The notes under the pieces are model-generated. The model was not told the origin of the DNA, did not search any database, and was given only the letters and a program-made list of their open reading frames with translations. The position numbers and the translations under genes are program-made. Positions 55,333-64,000 of a stretch of DNA of 64,000 nt are shown piece by piece. The stretch covers positions 3,182-67,181 of the forward strand of contig DASXTP010000155.1 in the NCBI GenBank assembly GCA_036505355.1, given 5' to 3'. The DNA comes from Candidatus Eiseniibacteriota bacterium (GTDB lineage: Bacteria > Eisenbacteria > RBG-16-71-46). The stretch's first letter is position 1. Each line of letters opens with the position of its first letter.

Positions 55333-57957
55333 CTACTTCATCCCCGCGAGCTGCGACAGATAGCGCGCCGCCGCCGCTCCCTCGCGCTCGTGCAGGCTCA
55401 CGCAGTCGTTGACCACGGCGAGCATCTTGTCCACTTCCTTGGCCGTCCCCACCGGGCTGTGGGCAGGCACCGAGAAGAACTCTCGCGCTTTGGCCGCGCG
55501 TCCTGCGGAACAGCCCCCGCCCTGCCATGGCAGGTAGATCACGTGCCACGCCGGGATGCGGGCCACGATCGCATCGTAGTGCTCCAGCGTCCACTGAAGC
55601 GCCAGATCTCTGAACTCGAGCCGTGAGCCGACGCCGTTCGCGATGCTCATGACTTCCTGGGGCCGCATCGGTCCCTCCAGGGCGTAACGCATCGCCCGGC
55701 CGACCAGCGCGGGGTCGGTGAAGCTCGACAGACCTTTGAGATACCGCTGACGCTCCGCCGGGATCCGCGCGCTCTCGAAGCCCTGCCGATAGGCCTCGAA
55801 CAGGCTCGCGTCCCCACGGAGCGCCGCGAGGCCGATGGCCACGTCGGCAACCGACGGATCGATCGAGCTGCGGTCCTTCAGGTACGACTGAGCCAGCGAC
55901 CGCGCCCGATCCAGCACCTGAGAGTCTTCCCCGTCGTCCCCCAGCCACGCCATCAGCGCCGGCCTTAGGAGCGCGACGGTCTGGGGCTCATCCTTGGCCG
56001 GCTCGGCGCCGATGCGGTCGAGAGCCGGACGCAGCGTGCGGCGGACATAGGCGGCGAAGTCTTTGCGCGTCTCATCGGTGACGAATGCGCTCTTGACGCC
56101 GCCGATCCCACCCACCACGGCTTGCACCACCTCGGGTTCGGGGTCGCCTGCGAACGTCGAGAGGACGTTCAGGAACTGGTCGCCGTGGATTTGGCCGGCG
56201 GCCAGCAGGGCGCGCAGGTTCCCCACGAACCCGATCCGCTCCCGAGGTGCGAGCCGCTGTGGGGCCTCTTTCGCCAAGGCGTCCAACATCCCTGGGGGAA
56301 CCAGCCAGCGGTAGTAGCCCTTCTCGTCCGCGTTGGGGTTGATCCATGCGGGTGTTGCACCATTCTCCAGCCGCACCGTCTGCACCGAATCGTCGAGGAC
56401 CAGGTTCTGGGCGACGACTCGGTCGCCCAGCGGGTAGCGTAGCGTGACCGGGATGCGCCACAGCGCGCGACCGGGCTCGGTGAGCCCGTAGTTGAGGAAG
56501 CGGCGCTGGGACAAGCGCACCTGTCCGTCCGGAAGCGTCTCTATCGTCACCAGGGGCACGCCCGGCTGGTCGAGGAACGACTTCGCCACGCTCGAGACGT
56601 CGCGGCCGGCAGCCTTCGAGAGCGCCGCCCACAAGTCATCGGCGGTCGCATTGCCCGACGCGTGCTCCTTGATGTAGCTCTGCACGCCTTTGCGGAAGGT
56701 GTCGGGGCCGAGCCACCGCTCGAGCATCCCGATCACGGCCTCCCCTTTTTGATACGCCAGCACGTCGAAGATCTGGTCCAGGTTGTCTGTGGCCAGGACG
56801 CTGCCGCGGATCGCGTGCGCGGTGAGGCGTGAATCGGTGGACATGGCACTGAGGGCGCCGTTCACCTGCTCGATCCCGACGTGGAACTCCGGCGCCACTT
56901 CGTCGGTGATCTTGTCGCCCATCCACGATGCGAAGGACTCGTTGAGCCAGATGTCGTCCCACCACTCCATCGTCACCAGATCGCCAAACCACATGTGCGC
57001 CAGCTCGTGGGCAGTGGTGCCGATGAACCCTCGACGCTGGCTCGGGCTCATGGTCTTCGGGTCCATGAGCAGGATCTCTTCGCGGAACGTGACCGCCCCG
57101 GCGTTCTCCATGGCCCCCGCGGTGAACTCCGGCACGGCCAGCAGGTCGAGCTTCTCGTAGGGATACTTGCGCCCGAAGTAGCGCTCGAGCGCCGCCAGGA
57201 TGGCGGGGGTCTCCCGGGCGGCTTCGGCGGCGAGTCGGCCGCTGCCCTGGATGGTCACCACGCGACCGGGCACCGACAGCCCACGAATCGGGACGGTCTC
57301 GAGCGGCCCGGTGGCAATCGCGAGTAGGTATGACGGCAAGGGCGGCGTGCGGTGAAACACCACCCGGCGTTGCTCTCCGATCACCGTATCGCGCGCGGCC
57401 AGGGTGTTGGAGAAGGCGCGGTGCGCCTTGGGCACGGTCAATGTCACCTGCCATGGGATCTTGAACGACGGCTCGTCCCAGCACGGGAACGCCTCCCGCG
57501 CGTCGGGTGCCTCGAACTGCGAGAAGACGTAGGCGTTCCCGCCGGTCGCGACCCGGTAGAGGCTGGTCGCGCGGGTGTTGAAGTCGTTGGTGAAGGCGAT
57601 TTCGAGCGTGTACGTCCCCGGGGCAAGACGCTTCGCCGGCCGTACCGTGAGCAGACCCGTCTCGCCTTCGCGCCATGCGGCGGGGATGACGGCTCCGTGG
57701 CCGCGCAGCGTGACCCGGGTGAGGCTCATTTCACGCGCGTGAAGCCGGAACGAGTCCGCCGGCGCGTGCGCCCGCAGATCGATCCGCACCCGGCCGGAGT
57801 ACTCGGTCTTGGCGGCATCGAGGTCGAGCTGAATGGATTCAAAGGTGGGAACCACGTCGCGACCTAGGCGGGCGGGATCCTCGGCGTGGACGTCCGGGGC
57901 GGCCATGGCGGAACCGATCATCAGCCAGCCGGCAACCAGCAGCGGGAAGGAACGCAT
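55333..57957 (-). CDS. pepN: Secreted M1-family aminopeptidase (aminopeptidase N-like)
   Basis: Signal peptide, GAMEN exopeptidase motif, HELAHMWFGDLVTMEWWDDIWLNESFA zinc site, ERAP1-like C-terminal domain. Confidence 0.9.
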   Translation of the reverse strand: MRSFPLLVAGWLMIGSAMAAPDVHAEDPARLGRDVVPTFESIQLDLDAAKTEYSGRVRIDLRAHAPADSFRLHAREMSLTRVTLRGHGAVIPAAWREGETGLLTVRPAKRLAPGTYTLEIAFTNDFNTRATSLYRVATGGNAYVFSQFEAPDAREAFPCWDEPSFKIPWQVTLTVPKAHRAFSNTLAARDTVIGEQRRVVFHRTPPLPSYLLAIATGPLETVPIRGLSVPGRVVTIQGSGRLAAEAARETPAILAALERYFGRKYPYEKLDLLAVPEFTAGAMENAGAVTFREEILLMDPKTMSPSQRRGFIGTTAHELAHMWFGDLVTMEWWDDIWLNESFASWMGDKITDEVAPEFHVGIEQVNGALSAMSTDSRLTAHAIRGSVLATDNLDQIFDVLAYQKGEAVIGMLERWLGPDTFRKGVQSYIKEHASGNATADDLWAALSKAAGRDVSSVAKSFLDQPGVPLVTIETLPDGQVRLSQRRFLNYGLTEPGRALWRIPVTLRYPLGDRVVAQNLVLDDSVQTVRLENGATPAWINPNADEKGYYRWLVPPGMLDALAKEAPQRLAPRERIGFVGNLRALLAAGQIHGDQFLNVLSTFAGDPEPEVVQAVVGGIGGVKSAFVTDETRKDFAAYVRRTLRPALDRIGAEPAKDEPQTVALLRPALMAWLGDDGEDSQVLDRARSLAQSYLKDRSSIDPSVADVAIGLAALRGDASLFEAYRQGFESARIPAERQRYLKGLSSFTDPALVGRAMRYALEGPMRPQEVMSIANGVGSRLEFRDLALQWTLEHYDAIVARIPAWHVIYLPWQGGGCSAGRAAKAREFFSVPAHSPVGTAKEVDKMLAVVNDCVSLHEREGAAAARYLSQLAGMK

Positions 57958-58148
57958 TGGACCTCCGTGCGGGGCGACATTCCGGGCGGCGAAGGAGTCC
58001 CCCCCGTCGCAAATTCTTGGCTTTCAAAGGCCGGAGAGAGACTATCGCTCGCTTTGGTGCGCTTCAAGCGCTGCTTCTATTCTGCCAATCCAATTCTCCG
58101 CACCCGGCCTTGCCCCAGACCCTGGCATCATCCATATCGAGCCGGGAA

Positions 58149-59483
58149 CTATTCGCGCGGCTGGACGCGCCACAGGGTCGCGGCCAGCAACGCGCTGGCG
58201 ACCGAGCCGCCAATCCACAGCGCGATCGGCGCCGACCAGTCTGAGATGTGCTTGGTGCCGTCGGCCATCACCACGGTGTGCGCTTTCAAGAACAGGCCCG
58301 AGAGCTTCTCCTGCGCCGCGGCACCCAGATACGAGATGAAGCCGATGAACCCCATCGCCATGCCGGCGGCGCGCTTCGAAGAGACGTCGACCGCCAAGAG
58401 CCCACCCAGCACGGCGAGGATGCCCGAGAGCGCGAAGCCGTAGACGATCAGTGCAGCGGTCAGCACGTAGCCGTTGCGCGGCCCGTAGAACATCACCAGC
58501 AGCGCCAATACCTCGACGACCCCGAACCACAACGTGGCCGGAGGTCGTCGCCCCTTGAACCCCAGATCGCTCACGAACCCGTAGGCCACCGAGCCGAAGA
58601 GCCCGGACAGCGTGTTCATGGCGATGAAGGCGGTCGCCGACGGCAGCGAATAGCCTCGCTCCTCCTGGAGGTAGAGCACTCCCCAGCTCTTGACTCCATA
58701 ACGGGTGACGAAGAGCAGGGCGCTCGACAGGGCACAGATCCAAATCGCCGGGCTGCGCACGACCCGGAGCTGCGCTTCCCGGGTCGAGGTCGCCGTCTCC
58801 TCGTGTATCTCCCCCTTCCAGTCGTGGACCTCCGGCAAGCCGTAGGCCTGAGGGCGGTCGCGTAAGACGAACAGCGCGGCTAGGGCCACCAGGAGACACG
58901 CGATCCCTGGAGCGAGAAACCCCGCGCGCCAGCCGAGATGCACCACGATCGACGCCGTGGCGATCAAGGTCGCCCCCTCGCCCAGCGAATGGGCCGCGCT
59001 CCAGGTGCCGTAGGCGCGGCCGCGCTCGGTGCCACTGAACCACTGGGTGAGGCTTCGCACGCTGGCCACTGCTCCGACCCCCTGGCTGTAGCCGTTGATG
59101 AGCCACAGCGCGCACCCGAAGAAGAACACCGTGTTGAGCCCCATCAGGATGTTCATCACCGCGCTCGCCCCGAGGCCGACCGCGAGGAAGCGCGACACCC
59201 GCACCCGATCCGCGACGACGCCGTTCAGGAGCTTGCCCACCGCATAGGCGCCGAGCAGGCACGTCCCCAGCGTCCCGAGCTGGTCCGCGTCGTAGATGCC
59301 CGCGTCGAGGAGCGGCTTCTTGACCACATCGAGGACGCCGCGGGTGGTGTAGAAAAAGGCGTAGATCAGGGTCAGCGCGGCCAGGACGCGGCCGCGGGCC
59401 GTCCGGTAGAGAACATCCCGAGTCGCCCCTTCGAGTCGGAGAGCGGCGTCGGGCAGCGGCTGGAGGAAGGCCGGGATGCGCAT
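58149..59483 (-). CDS. MFS transporter, organophosphate:Pi antiporter (GlpT/UhpC-like) family
   Basis: 12-TM pattern with GKLLNGVVADRV and WLINGYSQGVG...TQWF...ERGRAYG..S..HSLG motifs. Trimmed to MRIPAF. Confidence 0.8.
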   Translation of the reverse strand: MRIPAFLQPLPDAALRLEGATRDVLYRTARGRVLAALTLIYAFFYTTRGVLDVVKKPLLDAGIYDADQLGTLGTCLLGAYAVGKLLNGVVADRVRVSRFLAVGLGASAVMNILMGLNTVFFFGCALWLINGYSQGVGAVASVRSLTQWFSGTERGRAYGTWSAAHSLGEGATLIATASIVVHLGWRAGFLAPGIACLLVALAALFVLRDRPQAYGLPEVHDWKGEIHEETATSTREAQLRVVRSPAIWICALSSALLFVTRYGVKSWGVLYLQEERGYSLPSATAFIAMNTLSGLFGSVAYGFVSDLGFKGRRPPATLWFGVVEVLALLVMFYGPRNGYVLTAALIVYGFALSGILAVLGGLLAVDVSSKRAAGMAMGFIGFISYLGAAAQEKLSGLFLKAHTVVMADGTKHISDWSAPIALWIGGSVASALLAATLWRVQPRE

Positions 59484-59654
59484 GCTTTCACCAGGCAAGC
59501 CAGGGAAGCCGGGAGATGTTCGGTCGATGGCGCCGGTCGGGGGCAACCTCTCGGCGTGCGTCGGCGGGCGGTCACTCTCCTACATGGGACCCATCTTGTC
59601 CATGAGGCCCATGGCCACGTTCACCTGCGGAATGAACCAGTTCGCCACCACCAG

Positions 59655-60371
59655 CTACGGCACCCAACGTCGCGCCGCGAACGCGTTGCTCCGGAGCAGG
59701 TCGGCCACCCCGAGCAGCACCGGCATGAACGCGAGCGTGGCGATCCGCGTGACGTCGTAGGCGAGGAAGAGCTGCGCCAGAGCCAGTGGAATCGGCAGGA
59801 GCAGCGTCGCCGCCTCGGCCCACTCGCGGTGTCGCACCATCCGGACCGCTGCCAGGAGCGGGAACAGCCAGAACAGGTTGAACGCGCTGAGCACACCAAG
59901 CCAGCGGTGGGAGGCGGACACCCGGAACCAATGCAGCGGGTCCCCGAGGAGCGGATCCAGGTAGTAGCGAAATGAGAACTCTGTGTCGGGGTGTGCCCGT
60001 CCCAAGAGCCACCGCAGCCCCGCGAACACGGCGACGGTCGCGACGATCCATGCCGTCGACCGAAGCCATCGTCCGGCGCGCGGCGCCTGACGGCGCGCCA
60101 GCACCACCAGCAACCAGGGCGCCAGGAAGACCGCAGCCTCGTGGCTGAGAAAAGCGAGCAAGAGCAGCAGGCATGACGCCCACGGTGAGGCACTCGCCCA
60201 CCAGCTCAAGAACACGAGCAGGTACATCATCGTGTCGGGATAGCCGCCGTAGTGCAGCGTCGTCAGCACGACGGTGGAAAACGCCATTGTCGAGGTCCCC
60301 ACGAGCGCCGGCCATGTCTCGTGCCCCGAGGCGCGGAACCAGAGGTAGATCGCCGCCAGCAGCACGATCAC
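59655..60371 (-). pseudogene. N-terminally truncated polytopic membrane protein (function unknown)
   Basis: Hydrophobic 238 aa ORF. The same frame remains open and membrane-like upstream (RRLVSYLLGLRGPSILHTNLIF) but has no start codon, and it collides with an opposite-strand fragment. Confidence 0.45.
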
Positions 60372-60475
60372 GAAGATCAGGTTGGTATGGAGAATGGATG
60401 GACCGCGAAGGCCGAGGAGATAACTGACCAGCCGTCGGGAGTGACGTTCGCTTCCGTCGTCGACGGACGGCCGCC

Positions 60476-61605
60476 ATGGGCGGGCGCTTCGGCTTCGACT
60501 GGTCCCCCGACGGCAAGTCGGTGGTGTGGATCCGCAACTATCCCGACCGCAGGCAGGAGCTGGTCGTGCGCAATCTCGCCAGCGGGCGCGAGCGACAGAT
60601 CACGCACGACAGGCACAACATCGACGAGGTGTGCTGGACGCGGCAAGGAGAGATCGTGTTCTCCTCCAACCGCACCGGCGCCTCCAACCTGTGGACCATG
60701 CAAGCGTCCGGGGGAAACCCGTGCAGCTCACCCGCGGCAACGGGCCCGACATCGGGATGCGGGTCTCCACGGACGGTAAGACCCTCCTCTACCTCCAGCA
60801 GCAGACCGTGGGTAACGTCTGGATTGCCGCGCTCGATGGGGGCGAGGCGCAGCAGGTGACTCATGACGACCAGCCGGTGCGGGCCGCCGCGCTCTCGCCG
60901 GACAATCAGCGCATCGCGGCGATCATCTTCAGCTCCGATCCCCTCGCCCCGGGGACGCAGGCCATCGTGATGAGTCGCGACGGCACCGCCCGTCGGCCGA
61001 TCACGCCCGAGAATCAAGCGCCCCAAGCCCTTTCCTGGTCGTCCGACGGCCGCTGGCTCGCGTATACAGCCGCACCGCGCGATCAGCCCACCGATTCCTC
61101 GAGCCTCTTCCTCATGGACGGCGTGAGCCTTTCCGAACCTCGGCTGCTCGCGCGCGGACAGGCATTCCTCGGCGGCTGGCTGGACTCGACGCGCCTCACC
61201 TCGTTCGACGCGTCCTCGGGGGACCCGAGAATCGTGCGCGTCGACGGTCGCGTCGAGCCGGTGCCGGATTCGACGATCTCGTACCCCGCCCCGGACGGGC
61301 GTTATGCAGTGATCGCCCGCCTGAAGAGGAACGCCCGCCTGCGGATTCCGGCCTGGGGCCCGAACCCGCTCGCCAGCTTCCACGACATCCCCGGTCTGGA
61401 GTCGGGCTGGGGCATCGATCGTCGGGGTCGCTTCTTGATTGCGTTTCCAGCGCCAGAGCAGGTGGAACGTATCTGGCTGCCGGGGCTACGTCGGGAGCGA
61501 CTCCCAACCCGATTCCTCCATCTTGGGCCCTTCAGCCCATCCAAACTGAGCCCCGACGGGACTCAGCTCATCTACATCGACCAGCACTCCAGCTCGAAGT
61601 CCTAG
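60476..61605 (+). pseudogene. TolB/PD40 beta-propeller protein fragment with a 1-nt frameshift near 60719 and no N-terminus
   Basis: Frame A (FDWSPDGKSVVWI...NLWTMQASGGNP) continues in frame B (VQLTRGNGPD..VSTDGKTLLY...SPDNQRIAA...SSDGRWLAY). One base is missing in a C run, and there is no signal peptide or upstream domain. Confidence 0.65.
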
Positions 61606-61694
61606 TCGAGCATCTGCGATAGATCGAGCGGCCCGTAAATCCGAGGCCGCATCCCTCGCTCCCAGCCACTCGCGCCACCCGCAGAGGCCCTGGC

Positions 61695-63503
61695 TCACGT
61701 GCGATGCTTGACGAACACGCGGTCGATGTTCCACAGCAGTCGGTGCGGCATGACCGAGGGCTGCAGGTTGCCGAACCTGTTCCGCACCGGCAGCTTGGTG
61801 ATCACCGATGGCAACCACTCGATGAAGCACTCGCGGTTGACGAGGGTTTCGATCTGCTCCCACGTCTGCCGGCGCGCCGCGAGGTCGGCGGTCGTGACGT
61901 TCGCTTCGACGAGCCGATCGATTTCCGCCTCGGTCGAGGTCTCCGGCCTCGGCTGTTTGATGTTCCAGTAGTGGGTGAGTCCACTCGAACGCAACACGTT
62001 TTGAGCCATCCCGGGATCCGGCGGCACGGCGCTCTGAAAACCGACCAGGACCGCGTCGTACTGGAAATCATTCCGCAAGTTGCTGACGAGCGTGTTGAAG
62101 TCGACGGATGTCGGAAAGCACCGAATCCCGACTTTGGCGAGATCGTCCTTGATGAAATTGCACATCCCCACTCGCGCCGCATTGTCGGCGTGGGTCTTGA
62201 GGGCGAACGAGAGGGTGTGCCCCTGGCCGTCCTCGCGGAACCCGTCTCCGTCGGTATCCCTCCACCCCAGGCCATCCAGCAGTCTCCTGGCCTGCTGGGG
62301 ATCGTAGTCGTAGTGGACGATTCTCTCGCTGTACCAGGCCTTGTTGGCGGGCGTGCTAAGTGACCAGGCCTTCACCCCGTCGCCGAACAACACGCTGCGA
62401 ATGATCGCGTCGCGATCGATGGCCATCGACACGGCTCTCCGGAAGTCCGCTGTGGCGAACCATGAATACTTGACCGGATCCTCGCAGGTCTCCCCCACCC
62501 TCTTGCCCGGCCGGGGCTCGCGTACGCGGTTCAGGTTGAACCAGAAGCAATTGGTGTTGAGAGAGGCACCAATCTCGTAAAGGGTGTAGTCGCCTTTCCG
62601 CTGGTTCTCGGCGTAGGTCTTGTAGTCCTCGGGCTTCACGGAGTCGAGCCCGTCGAGGTCGCCCGCCTGGAACTTGAGCGCGGCCGTGTTTTGATCGGGA
62701 ACGATCAGGAACACCACCCGGTCGAGGTATGGCAAGCGGTGACCCTGCGGGTCCACGCCGAACCAGTACGGGTTGCGGGCGAGCACGGTCTTCTCGCCCG
62801 GCGCGTACCTCTCGAGCCGCCACGCCCCGCTCGTGACGATGCTGTCCGGGTTCGCGCTCACGGTGTAGGCGGCGGCGAATCGGCCGCTGCGAAACGCCGT
62901 CTCGAGCACGTGTTTCGGCATGATGCGGAGCGCGCCAATCGCGGGCACCATAAGCGCGTAGGGGCCGGCGATCTTGGTGATCACGGTGTAGGAGTCCACC
63001 TTGGAGACCTCGAACCGCTGGTTCTTGACCTTCAGCACGTCCTGCATCACGGAATGGAGCGAATCGTCGTACGCGACTTCGAACGAGAACAGCACGTCGT
63101 CGGCCGTGATCGGGTGACCGTCCGAGAAGGCGGCGCCGCGCCGCAGGTGCCAAGTCCAGACGAGACCGTCTGGGCTCATCTCCCACGACTTCGCCAGCAG
63201 CGGATAGTTCTGCTGCGTCTCGTTGTCGAAGTCGGTGAGGCCGGCGAACATGCGCTGAGTGCAGTCGGTGGACGAGGTCTCGTTCGCCATGATGGCGTTG
63301 AACGTCTTGGGGCCAGCCGTCTGGCCGATCACGAACTGTCCTCCGTAGCTGCCGATCTCGCGCACCGCAACAGTCATGGTGTCGATCGGCAGCGGATGGG
63401 TGTCGCGATAAACCGAAGGCGGGCGGCGCGCGCCTCCTCCACACCCACTGGCGGCCAGGCCCAGGGCCAGCGCCACGGTCCATTTAGCGCTCCGCCTCGG
63501 CAT
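61695..63503 (-). CDS. ABC transporter substrate-binding lipoprotein, family 5 (Opp/Dpp-like), orphan
   Basis: Trimmed to MPRRSAKWTVALALGLAASGC (lipobox). SBP_bac_5 pattern (AKSWEMSPDGLVWTWHLRRGAAFSDGHPITADDV). No permease or ATPase genes are adjacent. Confidence 0.85.
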   Translation of the reverse strand: MPRRSAKWTVALALGLAASGCGGGARRPPSVYRDTHPLPIDTMTVAVREIGSYGGQFVIGQTAGPKTFNAIMANETSSTDCTQRMFAGLTDFDNETQQNYPLLAKSWEMSPDGLVWTWHLRRGAAFSDGHPITADDVLFSFEVAYDDSLHSVMQDVLKVKNQRFEVSKVDSYTVITKIAGPYALMVPAIGALRIMPKHVLETAFRSGRFAAAYTVSANPDSIVTSGAWRLERYAPGEKTVLARNPYWFGVDPQGHRLPYLDRVVFLIVPDQNTAALKFQAGDLDGLDSVKPEDYKTYAENQRKGDYTLYEIGASLNTNCFWFNLNRVREPRPGKRVGETCEDPVKYSWFATADFRRAVSMAIDRDAIIRSVLFGDGVKAWSLSTPANKAWYSERIVHYDYDPQQARRLLDGLGWRDTDGDGFREDGQGHTLSFALKTHADNAARVGMCNFIKDDLAKVGIRCFPTSVDFNTLVSNLRNDFQYDAVLVGFQSAVPPDPGMAQNVLRSSGLTHYWNIKQPRPETSTEAEIDRLVEANVTTADLAARRQTWEQIETLVNRECFIEWLPSVITKLPVRNRFGNLQPSVMPHRLLWNIDRVFVKHRT

Positions 63504-63789
63504 GGTCGCCCTCCGGATGGTGTCCACGCGGATCCAGCAAGCGGGCGAGTATAGGAACCGACGAGAACCAGGCTCAACCCAAAACTGCCCATTCCCGCTC
63601 ACGCCCGCCAGCCGTCTCGGCGACGGCGGCTTTGCCAGCGGGCGACACTCCGGGCCCCTGTCTGCTGGTGGGGTTATGCTGGCGATTGAGCACGCTGCGG
63701 GAGGGTCAGTACACTGTGGCTGCGGTCGCCGACGCCCGGTCTCATTCCCTTCACTCGAGAGGCGTCCGCGCCGCGAAGAAAGGTCGCGC

Positions 63790-64000
63790 GTGGCTCGCAC
63801 GCTGAAACCCCAAGACCAGATCGCCCACTACCGCGTCGTCGGCCTGCTGGGGCCGGCGGCATGGGCGAGGTCTACCGTGCCCAGGACCAGACGGCGATGA
63901 CGGGCGAGCGCAAACTAGAGCCATATCATGCCATGAGTAACGCCGTTCACTGGCTTGCACGGATTTCTCCAGACGGTCGCTGGCTCGCCTATTCATCGAG
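63790..64000 (+). pseudogene. Remnant of a Ser/Thr kinase-PD40 fusion gene (frameshifted; runs off the window)
   Basis: GTG..IAHYRVVGLLG, then after a missing G in a G run the next frame reads AGGMGEVYRAQD (kinase glycine loop). The sequence then jumps to ..ISPDGRWLAYSS without the rest of a kinase domain. Confidence 0.4.

Noticed and set aside
58039-58067. Sigma-70-like TTGAAG-N17-TAGTCT upstream of the M1 aminopeptidase (minus strand)
   Set aside because: The spacing is plausible, but the hexamers are weak and promoter consensus in this lineage is unknown. It is not strong enough to list as a feature.

Overview
High-GC bacterial chromosomal segment, roughly 68-70% GC by eye. The gene content (PD40/TolB fusions, PEGA proteins, spore-coat-U pili) suggests an uncultivated Gemmatimonadota- or Eisenbacteria-like lineage, but this is only a guess. 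Most long ORFs in the six-frame track are GC-driven artefacts, either antisense or alternate-frame. I kept only frames with recognisable families and trimmed starts to plausible sites.

From 0 to 43 kb the window is a compact housekeeping array, almost all on the minus strand: dapB-dapA-dapF, xerC, topA, smg, secA, csp, guaA, purH/C/N, comEC, a glgC/glgD-like pair, rluB, scpAB and trpS. Many neighbouring genes overlap by 4 nt (ATGA or GTGA).

From 43 to 64 kb the content is accessory:
- a minimal spore-coat-U chaperone-usher pilus cluster
- a frameshifted IS110-family transposase
- cstA
- an M1 aminopeptidase
- an MFS transporter
- an orphan ABC substrate-binding protein
- several decayed genes

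Two items are invisible to the ORF track and are my main findings.
1. At 51.6-55.2 kb, four 48-53 aa ORFs have strong Shine-Dalgarno sites. They share an N-terminal leader-like motif ending in RIAP and carry hypervariable Asn/Gly/Pro/Ser-rich C-terminal regions. They flank a 741 aa ORF that fuses a PqqD/RRE-like domain, an intact site-2-protease (M50) domain and a HlyD-type membrane-fusion domain. A near-consensus sigma-54 promoter with an upstream palindrome precedes the locus. I read this as a leader-dependent peptide processing and export (RiPP-like) locus that I cannot assign to a named class.
2. At 37750-38244 a Bcp/PrxQ-type peroxiredoxin carries an in-frame TGA exactly at the peroxidatic Cys of the TPGC motif, followed by a hairpin. 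This makes it a candidate selenoprotein.

I found no rRNA genes, tRNA genes or CRISPR arrays.
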